DNA of 60,193 nt from Burkholderiales bacterium (GTDB lineage Bacteria; Pseudomonadota; Gammaproteobacteria; Burkholderiales; Burkholderiaceae_C), in the NCBI GenBank assembly GCA_947462175.1, contig CANHOE010000001.1, positions 1 through 60,193 on the forward strand. The letters are read 5' to 3'. Both the position numbers and the translations under genes were made by a program. The number at the start of each line of letters is the position of its first letter. Position 1 is the stretch's first letter. The notes beneath the pieces are model-generated. The model saw only the letters and a list, made by a program, of their open reading frames with translations. It ran no database searches and was not told the DNA's origin. Below are positions 11,264-18,467 of the stretch, piece by piece.

Positions 11264-11294
11264 AACAAACGCCGACTACGGTCGGAGTTTGTTT
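11263..11294 (+). terminator. Hairpin directly after the GT4 stop (AAACAAACGCCGAC-TACG-GTCGGAGTTTGTTT); candidate intrinsic terminator
   Basis: The stem is 14 bp with one mismatch and a 4-nt loop, and its 3' arm ends in TTTGTTT. It sits in the 57-nt gap before the next operon. Confidence 0.45.
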
Positions 11295-11320
11295 AGCAAA
11301 CACACACGCTCGCACCAGCC

Positions 11321-13069
11321 ATGAAAAAAATCGCAATGCTGGTCGTCATGCTGACGGGCCTGTTGATGGTGGGGCTGTCCCATGCCGCCTGGAACGCCGA
11401 ATGGAAGCAGCGCGTCAAGATTGGGCTGAACACGGCTGCTGACGGCCTGGCCATCACCTCAGCGGTCGATTCGCCTGCAGTGCTGATCCGGCTCCACACG
11501 GGCAATTTTCAATTCGTCGAAGCCAAGCCCGATGGCACCGACCTGCGTTTAATCGCCAGCGACGACAAGACGCCGCTGAAATACCACATCGAGAAGTTCG
11601 ATGGTCTGAATGAACTCGCGTTCATCTGGGTGCAGGTACCTAAGCTTGAGCCGGGTTCCAAGGACGCCTTCATCTGGCTCTATTACGGCAACCCCGTTGC
11701 GGCCGCAGGTGACGATGTCAATGGCAGTTATGACGCCGCGCAAGGGCTGATCTATCACTTCAACGAGCGCGAGGCGCTGCCACAGGATTCCACTGCGAAC
11801 GCGAACCACGCTCTGAGCTCGACTGCCAAGGCCATTGGCGCCGGTCTGATTGGCGGCGCGCTCTCGTTCGATGGCACTGCCGAATTGGCGCTGCCGTCGA
11901 CGCCTTCGCTGAAGGCCGGGGCCAACGGGCTGACGCTGTCGTTCTGGATCAAGCCGGTCGACACGGCCGACGTACCGGTCTACACGCAGACTGATGGCGC
12001 CGCACCGCTGTCGATCACGATGCGTGGCGGAAAGCTGGAGGCGCAATCAGGCACGCTGACCACCACCGCATCGGCACCGCTCGTTGCCGGCGCCTGGCAG
12101 CACGTCGCCATCGTCGTGAAAGACGGGCTGACGATTTATCTGAATGGGCAGGAGGTCGCCAAAGCTGCTGGCGCTGTGTCTGACATGAGCGGTGGCGCTG
12201 TCGTTGGCAAGGGCTTCAAGGGCGAGATTGACGAACTGCAGGTGTCGACCACGGCGCGCTCCGCCGATTGGATCAAGACCGCTGCGCAATCACAGGGTCA
12301 GGATCAGAAGCTGGTGGTCTATGGCCCGGCCGAAGGCGATGGTGAGGGTGACAGTGGCCCCTCTTACCTGAAGATCCTGCTCGGCGCGGTGACGATCGAT
12401 GGATGGGTGGTCATCGCCATCCTGGGCGTGATGTTCGTCGTGAGCTTCTGGGTGATGATCACCAAGTCCATGTTCGTGAACAGGGCGGCCAAGGACAACG
12501 AACGTTTCAAGGCGCAGTTCGAGAAGCTCGTGAATTCCATCCACCCCGGCACGCAGGACCCCGCCGTGGAGAAGGCCGAGAAGGAAACGGCCAGAGCCTA
12601 CCGGTATTCCTCGCTTTACCGCCTGTATGCCGCCGGCGCCCACGAGTTGCAGAAACGCTTTTCTGTCTACGCGGAGGAGGGTCGCACTCCGACGCTCACC
12701 GATCCCTCGCTCAATGCGATCCGCGCGACCATTGATGCACGGCTCGTGCGCGAACTGCAGCGCCTCAACGCCCAGATGGTGGTGCTCACCATCTCGATCG
12801 CCGGCGGCCCCTTTCTGGGCCTGCTTGGCACGGTGGTGGGCGTGATGATCACTTTTGCGGCCATTGCCGCGGCCGGTGACGTGAATGTGAATGCCATCGC
12901 ACCGGGCATCGCCGCAGCGCTGGTGGCCACCGTGGCTGGCCTGGCTGTCGCCATCCCCTGTCTCTTTGGCTACAACTACCTGCAGAGCAAGATCTCCGAG
13001 CTGACCTCGGACATGCAGGTGTTCGTCGACGAGTTCATCACTCGCATCGCCGAGAACCACTCGGTCTGA
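11321..13069 (+). CDS. DUF2341 + LamG (concanavalin-like) periplasmic domains fused to a MotA/TolQ/ExbB proton-channel domain
   Basis: Starts at ATG 11321 with an N-terminal signal/anchor (MKKIAMLVVMLTGLLMVGLSHA). A DUF2341-like block follows (WKQRVKIGLN...DLRLIASDDKTPLKYHIEKFD...AFIWVQVP...IWLYYGN). Next is a LamG-like block (GGALSFDG..LTLSFWIKP..AWQHVAIV..IYLNGQ..FKGEIDELQVS). The C-terminal part has three TM segments and the ExbB signature region (GGPFLGLLGTVVGVMITF...APGIAAALVATVAGLAVAIP). Confidence 0.85.
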   Translation: MKKIAMLVVMLTGLLMVGLSHAAWNAEWKQRVKIGLNTAADGLAITSAVDSPAVLIRLHTGNFQFVEAKPDGTDLRLIASDDKTPLKYHIEKFDGLNELAFIWVQVPKLEPGSKDAFIWLYYGNPVAAAGDDVNGSYDAAQGLIYHFNEREALPQDSTANANHALSSTAKAIGAGLIGGALSFDGTAELALPSTPSLKAGANGLTLSFWIKPVDTADVPVYTQTDGAAPLSITMRGGKLEAQSGTLTTTASAPLVAGAWQHVAIVVKDGLTIYLNGQEVAKAAGAVSDMSGGAVVGKGFKGEIDELQVSTTARSADWIKTAAQSQGQDQKLVVYGPAEGDGEGDSGPSYLKILLGAVTIDGWVVIAILGVMFVVSFWVMITKSMFVNRAAKDNERFKAQFEKLVNSIHPGTQDPAVEKAEKETARAYRYSSLYRLYAAGAHELQKRFSVYAEEGRTPTLTDPSLNAIRATIDARLVRELQRLNAQMVVLTISIAGGPFLGLLGTVVGVMITFAAIAAAGDVNVNAIAPGIAAALVATVAGLAVAIPCLFGYNYLQSKISELTSDMQVFVDEFITRIAENHSV

Positions 13070-13079
13070 GGTCCACGCC

Positions 13080-13484
13080 ATGAAGATGCAGGCCGCTGGC
13101 AAACCCTACGACGAGATCAATGTCGTGCCGATGCTCGACCTCAGCTACGTGCTGCTGGTGATCTTCATCATCATGACGACTGCTTCGGTTCAGGGCATCA
13201 AGGTCAATCTGCCGAAGGCCAGTGCCGCGCCGAGCCTGGCCAAGCCGCAGACCAAGGCCATCACCATTCGCGACGACGGTCAGATCTTCCTCGACACCTA
13301 CCCGGTGAGCATGCAGGAGCTGGAGGACCGCCTTCGTCAGCTGAAGGCGGTGAATCCCAGCTTTCCGGTGGTCATCAAGGGAGACGCAAAAGTTCACTAC
13401 GAAAAGGTCGTCGATGTACTCGACCTCATGGGGCGGCTCGACATTACCCAACTCGGCCTGGTCACCCAGCGCCTGGTGAAGTAG
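13080..13484 (+). CDS. exbD: ExbD/TolR-family biopolymer transport protein
   Basis: The product is 134 aa and starts 10 nt after the upstream stop. It has a single N-terminal TM (INVVPMLDLSYVLLVIFII) followed by a typical ExbD periplasmic domain (ITIRDDGQIFLD...VVIKGDAKVHYEKVVDVLDLM). Confidence 0.85.
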   Translation: MKMQAAGKPYDEINVVPMLDLSYVLLVIFIIMTTASVQGIKVNLPKASAAPSLAKPQTKAITIRDDGQIFLDTYPVSMQELEDRLRQLKAVNPSFPVVIKGDAKVHYEKVVDVLDLMGRLDITQLGLVTQRLVK

Positions 13485-13511
13485 CGGGCCGCGGCGCTCG
13501 GGCGACCGGCA

Positions 13512-14192
13512 ATGGACGTATACAACGACGATGCCGAGCCCCGCCGCTCCTGGCTCAAGACGGCCGCGCTCGTTTTGGTGGCGCTGGCCCTGCTGGCCGG
13601 CGCGACTCTGGTGTTGATGAAGTTCCTGTCGGGGCCATCAGCGAAGCCGTCCGGCATACGCCAGATCGCTTTGATCAAGCAGCCGCCGCCACCGCCGCCG
13701 CCCAAGCCCCCAGAGAAGCCGCCTGAGCCGCCCAAGGTGAAGGAGGAAGTCAAGATCGATCAGCCCAAGGACGAGCCCAAGCCCGACGAGCCGAAGGCGG
13801 CGGACGAGAAACCTGCATCGGACAAGCCGCTCGGTGTTGATGCAGAAGGCGGCGCCGGCTCCGACGGTTTCGGGCTGGCTGGCAACAAGGGTGGTCGGGA
13901 TTTCCTTACCTCCGGCGGTGGAGGTGGCGCGTACTACTCGGGCTTGCTGCAGCGGCAGTTCTTCGAAGCCTTGTCGCGCAACCGCAAGGTGCTGAAGGAA
14001 GAGTTCAAGGTGGTCGTCAAGATCTGGCTCGGCGATGACGGGCGAGTGCAGAAGGCCGACATCGTCAGTGGCTCCGGCAACCCCAAGGTCGATGACCTGA
14101 TCCAGTTGACTCTGCTCGACATGACCCCGCTCAAGGACATCCCGCCCAGCTCAATGCGCCCGATGCAACTCCGCCTGAGCAACCGCTCGTGA
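13512..14192 (+). CDS. TonB-like energy transducer
   Basis: The architecture is an N-terminal TM (AALVLVALALLAGATLVLM), a Pro/Lys/Glu-rich rod (PPPPPPPKPPEKPPEPPKVKEE..KDEPKPDEPK), a Gly-rich linker and a TonB_C-like end (FKVVVKIWLGDDGRVQKADIVSGSGNPKVDDLIQLTLLD). Confidence 0.7.
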   Translation: MDVYNDDAEPRRSWLKTAALVLVALALLAGATLVLMKFLSGPSAKPSGIRQIALIKQPPPPPPPKPPEKPPEPPKVKEEVKIDQPKDEPKPDEPKAADEKPASDKPLGVDAEGGAGSDGFGLAGNKGGRDFLTSGGGGGAYYSGLLQRQFFEALSRNRKVLKEEFKVVVKIWLGDDGRVQKADIVSGSGNPKVDDLIQLTLLDMTPLKDIPPSSMRPMQLRLSNRS

Positions 14193-14218
14193 CCGTCTAC
14201 CGCTGTTTCCGACTTCGC

Positions 14219-15787
14219 ATGAACTTCACCATATCTCGCTGGTCTGTCTCGCTCGCATCGCTGATATGGGCCACTGCGCCTGTGTGCGCCCAGGAAGTCG
14301 ACATCGACCAGGTGCGTGCCGCCACCGCCAAATTGATCGCTCAACTGGTCGACCAGGGTGTGCTGGCGCGCGACAAGGGTGAAGCGCTGATGAGCGATTT
14401 CGCCAAGCCAGCAGCAGCACCATCAGCTTCCGGCAATGCCGGCTCGGCTGTGGGCGGCGCCGCGACGGAAGCAGGTGCCAAGGGTGCGGCCGGCACGGTG
14501 CGCGTGCCGTATATCCCGGAGTTCGTGCGCAAGGAATTGAAAGACGAGATTCGCCTCGAACTGGCCGCACAGGCGTTCCGCGAAGGCTGGACCGGACCGG
14601 GCTCGGTGCCGGCCTGGGTGCGTGGCCTGGCCTGGGACGGCGACCTGCGTTTTCGCGTGCAACTCGACCGCTTTGGCAGTGCCAATGCGCCACAGATCAG
14701 CATCACCGACACCAACCGCACCCGCGCGCTCTCGCTGGCGAACACGGCTGAAGACCGCGAACGGTTTCGATTTCGTGCCCGCATCGGCCTGACTGCGAAG
14801 ATCGACGAGAACTGGTCGGGCGGTGTGCGGCTGACCACCGGCAGCGCGACCGATCCGCTGTCGTCGAACCAGACGCTGGGCACCTACAACAACCGGTACA
14901 CCGTGCTGATCGACCGGGCGTACATCCGCTACCGCCTGGGTGACTACAGCGCCGTGGCCGGGCGCATGGCCAACCCCTGGTTTGGCACCGACCTGATGTG
15001 GGCCAACGACCTGAGCTTCGACGGCGTGGCCCTGCAATGGACGCCGACGATCACTTCCGACATTCGAGGTTTCGCCACGCTGGCGGCCCTGCCGATCCAG
15101 GAAGTGGAGCTGGCCTCGGCCGACAAGTGGTTGTTCGGAGGCCAGATCGGCGCCACGCTCCTGCCATCGCCGCGGACCGTGGGTGCCAAGCTGGGCCTGG
15201 CCTATTTCCACTACGCCAGCCTGCGGGGCAAGATAAGCCCGGCTGGCTCGACGGTGAACGAGTTCACAGCGCCGGCGTTTGCCCAGAAGGGCAACACGTA
15301 CTACAACATCTCGTCCGATCCGACCCGGCCATTGCTCGGCCTGGCCGCGGACTACCAGCTGCTGAACCTGACCGGGCAGGCCGACCTTCCGTCGATCGCC
15401 GGCAAGCGGATCATCGTGACCGGCGACTACGTCCGTAACTTCGGCTTCGATCGGGCAGCAGTGAGCCAGCGCGTCGGTACCAACGTCGACCCGCAGGTCA
15501 GTGCCTACCACCTGCGGGTGGCATTTGGCGACGCAGAGATCAAGGCACTGCATGACTGGCAGGTGTTCGCGGCCTACAAGCGTGTCGAGCGCGATGCCCT
15601 GCTCGACGCGTTCACCGACAGCGATTTCCGCCTCGGCGGCACGGATGCGCGTGGCTACATCCTCAGCGGCAGCTACGGCCTGGGCAAGAACACCTCGGCG
15701 GCATTTCGCTACTTCAGCGGCGATTCGATTTCGGGCGCACCGTTGTCGATCGACGTGTTCCAGTTCGACCTGAACGTGAAGTTCTGA
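14219..15787 (+). CDS. Porin-like outer-membrane beta-barrel protein with a long N-terminal helical/low-complexity extension
   Basis: ATG at 14219 gives a signal peptide (MNFTISRWSVSLASLIWATAPVCA/QE). A GTG at 14189 overlaps the tonB-like stop as an alternative start. About 100 aa of helical plus Ala/Gly-rich linker precede an amphipathic beta-strand-rich region. The protein ends in the OMP-type terminal Phe (FDLNVKF). Confidence 0.6.
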   Translation: MNFTISRWSVSLASLIWATAPVCAQEVDIDQVRAATAKLIAQLVDQGVLARDKGEALMSDFAKPAAAPSASGNAGSAVGGAATEAGAKGAAGTVRVPYIPEFVRKELKDEIRLELAAQAFREGWTGPGSVPAWVRGLAWDGDLRFRVQLDRFGSANAPQISITDTNRTRALSLANTAEDRERFRFRARIGLTAKIDENWSGGVRLTTGSATDPLSSNQTLGTYNNRYTVLIDRAYIRYRLGDYSAVAGRMANPWFGTDLMWANDLSFDGVALQWTPTITSDIRGFATLAALPIQEVELASADKWLFGGQIGATLLPSPRTVGAKLGLAYFHYASLRGKISPAGSTVNEFTAPAFAQKGNTYYNISSDPTRPLLGLAADYQLLNLTGQADLPSIAGKRIIVTGDYVRNFGFDRAAVSQRVGTNVDPQVSAYHLRVAFGDAEIKALHDWQVFAAYKRVERDALLDAFTDSDFRLGGTDARGYILSGSYGLGKNTSAAFRYFSGDSISGAPLSIDVFQFDLNVKF

Positions 15788-15800
15788 GCGTGTACGGACC

Positions 15801-16475
15801 ATGAACGTGACGCGCCCGATCCTGCTTGGCCTGCTGGCCTTGGTCCTGTCTGTCAGCGCGTCGGCGCAGACCGCCGACAAGGCGACCCGCCGCCTTCAAC
15901 TTCAGCTTCAGAACTTGCAGCAACAGCTGCAGGAGGCGCAGTCTGCCAAGGCCAAGGTCGAGGCCGACAAGGCCGAAGTCGACAAGAAGTTGCTCGAGCA
16001 GACCGAGCAGGTCACGAAGCTGACCGCTGATCTGCGCAAGGCAGGCGGCAACTTCAAGTCTTCGGAGGCCACGCGCGCGCAACTGGCAGCCAATGTCTCG
16101 GCGCTCGATAAACAGCTGGCCGATGAGAAGCGCAGCAGCGAGGAAGCGGCCGCCCTGAAGGCACGTGAACTGGTGGCCTACACCCGGCTGCGCGACGAGC
16201 AGCAGGCGACGCTCCAGCGCAAGCATGACGACCAGGTCACGCAGGTCACCGAGTGCACGTCGAAGAACACGAAGCTGATCCGCCTCAGCGGTGAGCTGCT
16301 CGATCGTTACCGCGGCAAAACGGTCAAGGACGTGCTGACGCAGCGTGAGCCGATGCTGGGGCTCGGCGACGTGCAGATGTTCAACCTCGTCCAGGAATAC
16401 CGCGACCGCGGCGATGCCGAGCGCTTCACCCCATCCACCCCGCCGGCGCCCGCCGCCCCTTCCGTCAACAGGTGA
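15801..16475 (+). CDS. Secreted coiled-coil protein, function unknown
   Basis: It has a signal peptide (MNVTRPILLGLLALVLSVSASA/QT) followed by about 150 aa of heptad-like Q/E/K/L-rich sequence (LQLQLQNLQQQLQEAQSAKAKVEADKAEVDKKLLEQTEQ). The tail is Pro-rich. Confidence 0.6.
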   Translation: MNVTRPILLGLLALVLSVSASAQTADKATRRLQLQLQNLQQQLQEAQSAKAKVEADKAEVDKKLLEQTEQVTKLTADLRKAGGNFKSSEATRAQLAANVSALDKQLADEKRSSEEAAALKARELVAYTRLRDEQQATLQRKHDDQVTQVTECTSKNTKLIRLSGELLDRYRGKTVKDVLTQREPMLGLGDVQMFNLVQEYRDRGDAERFTPSTPPAPAAPSVNR

Positions 16476-16486
16476 AACCAAACGAA

Positions 16487-17188
16487 ATGACTCCCTCGTG
16501 CGCACTGAAGTTCGTCCCGCGTTCGATCCCTCTCGGCGTGATCTCCGCGACGCTCAGCCTCAGCCTGCTCGCCTCCTGCTCCAGCCTGCCGTCGCTGCCG
16601 ATTCCGTTTGTCGATAACGCGCCAGCGGCGCCGATCGTCTCCGGTAGCGCCTCTGCGAAATGGGGTCAACAGGTGGACCTGTCCGGCGGTGTCGTTATCA
16701 CTGACCCGGCCTATGTGATCGGGCCTGAAGACGCGCTGGACATTTCGGTATGGAAAGACGAGACGTTGAAATCCGCGGCGCTGGTGCGCCCCGATGGGGG
16801 CATCTCGTTTCCGCTGGCGGGCGACTTCATCGTCGCCGGCAAGACCGCCTCGCAGGTGCGCGACGAGCTGGTCAAGCGCCTTGAGAAATTCATTCCCGAG
16901 CCTGTGGTCACGGTGTCGGTGGTGCGCGTGGCCAGTTACCGCATCTATGTGATCGGCCGTGTCAACAAGCCCGGCGATATCCAGACCGGCCGCAACATCG
17001 ATGTGTTGCAGGCACTCAGCATCGCCGGCGGCATGACACCGTTCGCGTCGGAAGATGACATCCGGATCATTCGCAAGGTCCAAGGCAAGACCGTATCAAT
17101 ACCGTTCGAGTATTCCCGCATCCGCAAAGGCGGGGACCTGTCGCAGAACATCACGCTGAAAAGCGGAGACGTGCTGCTGGTGCCGTGA
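16487..17188 (+). CDS. Polysaccharide export protein, Wza/Poly_export + SLBB type lipoprotein (PEP-CTERM locus type)
   Basis: It has a lipobox (LSLSLLASC) and a Poly_export-like core (YVIGPEDALDISVW...PDGGISFPLAGDFIVAGKT..QVRDEL). An SLBB-like end follows (YVIGRVNKPGDIQ...DVLQALSIAGG). An alternative GTG at 16472 overlaps the upstream stop (GTGA). Confidence 0.8.
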   Translation: MTPSCALKFVPRSIPLGVISATLSLSLLASCSSLPSLPIPFVDNAPAAPIVSGSASAKWGQQVDLSGGVVITDPAYVIGPEDALDISVWKDETLKSAALVRPDGGISFPLAGDFIVAGKTASQVRDELVKRLEKFIPEPVVTVSVVRVASYRIYVIGRVNKPGDIQTGRNIDVLQALSIAGGMTPFASEDDIRIIRKVQGKTVSIPFEYSRIRKGGDLSQNITLKSGDVLLVP

Positions 17189-18459
17189 ACGCTGGTGGCT
17201 GTGATCGAGTCCCTGAGGCGTCCCGTTGTGGCGTGCTGCTTTGCAGCGTGGTGCTCGCGTGGCTCGGCTCGCCGCTCCCGGCGCTTGCAGAGAGTTATTC
17301 GATCGAGAGCAGCTCCAACGTCAGCGTCGAAGCGAATGACAACCTCAACTTGCAACCCCATTCGGCGGGAACCGTGAAGACACTTGCCTTGTCGACCACC
17401 GTCGGCGCATCGCGCCGGGCCGAGAACTCGGCCACGCTGCTGGGCGCGACTGTGACTGCCCTGCAGCAGTGGGGTCGCGGAGGCAACGACCGCCTCGACG
17501 GCAGTGTCGGTCTGACTCAGTCGTTCAAAGACGCGTTGAACACCTTGACCGCGTCGGGGCGATACGCCCAGGACTTCAACAACACGGTGCAAAACGCCGA
17601 CGTGACGGTCAGCCCGGGCCAGCGTCGCACGACCAGCGTGTCGGTGGGCTGGGGCCGTGCCCTGACTGAGCGGCTCAGCGCCAACACCCAGGTGAGCACC
17701 TCGCAAACCAGCTACGGCCAGCAGAGCTCAGCCGCTGTTGCCAGCAGCAACAGTTTCCGCAACACGTCGGTGTCTGCCGGACTGTCGTATGCGGTCACCG
17801 AGATCGATACCGTGTCGGTGCAGACCAGCCATTCCGACTATCGCAGCGCTGCCGCTGACACCAGCTCGTCGACCAATGAGATCAGTGTCAGCGCATCCCG
17901 CGTGCTGGGCGAGCGCAGCAGCGCGTCGCTTCAATTGGGCGTCTATCAGACCGACAGCAACTCGCCGAGGATTCGTTTCGCCTGTCCGACAGCACCCGTG
18001 CTGTGCGCGATCGGTCTGGTGCCGCTGATCCAGATTCGCGACCAGGCCAAGACGTCCGGCACCGGCCTGAGCTACGGCGCGAGTTACCGCTATCAGCTCG
18101 GACAGACATCGTCGTTTTCGCTCTCCTTGGGCAGCCAACAGTCCCCCAGTGGTGCGGAGGGCGTGGTGCAGAACAAGTCGCTGAGTTTGAGCCTGGGTCA
18201 CAGCTTTTCCGAAACGCTCAATGGGGCGATGAGCTTTGCCATGTCTCGATCCACGTCTCAGGTCACTGTGTTGAACCAGCGGTCGCAACGCAAGACGGTG
18301 GCCCTGTCGCTGTCCAAGCAGCTGTCGCGAGATTTCAGTCTGCAATCGAACTACCAATGGACCGAAGGCAACAGCGGCGGCGGTGGTGATGCAGCACAGT
18401 CGAACAGCATCGGCGTGGCGCTGAAGTACGACTGGCCCACCTTCCAGGCCTCGCGTTGA
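17185..18459 (+). CDS. Putative outer-membrane beta-barrel protein of the kind linked to PEP-CTERM/EPS loci
   Basis: The GTG start overlaps the wza-like stop (GTGA). It has a signal-like N-terminus ending PLPALA/ES. The rest is Ser/Thr/Asn/Gln-rich with alternating-hydrophobic strand patterns throughout (SVSAGLSYAVTE, LSLSLGHSFSE, ALSLSKQLSRDFSLQSNYQW). Confidence 0.5.
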   Translation: MNAGGCDRVPEASRCGVLLCSVVLAWLGSPLPALAESYSIESSSNVSVEANDNLNLQPHSAGTVKTLALSTTVGASRRAENSATLLGATVTALQQWGRGGNDRLDGSVGLTQSFKDALNTLTASGRYAQDFNNTVQNADVTVSPGQRRTTSVSVGWGRALTERLSANTQVSTSQTSYGQQSSAAVASSNSFRNTSVSAGLSYAVTEIDTVSVQTSHSDYRSAAADTSSSTNEISVSASRVLGERSSASLQLGVYQTDSNSPRIRFACPTAPVLCAIGLVPLIQIRDQAKTSGTGLSYGASYRYQLGQTSSFSLSLGSQQSPSGAEGVVQNKSLSLSLGHSFSETLNGAMSFAMSRSTSQVTVLNQRSQRKTVALSLSKQLSRDFSLQSNYQWTEGNSGGGGDAAQSNSIGVALKYDWPTFQASR

Positions 18460-18467
18460 GGAACACC

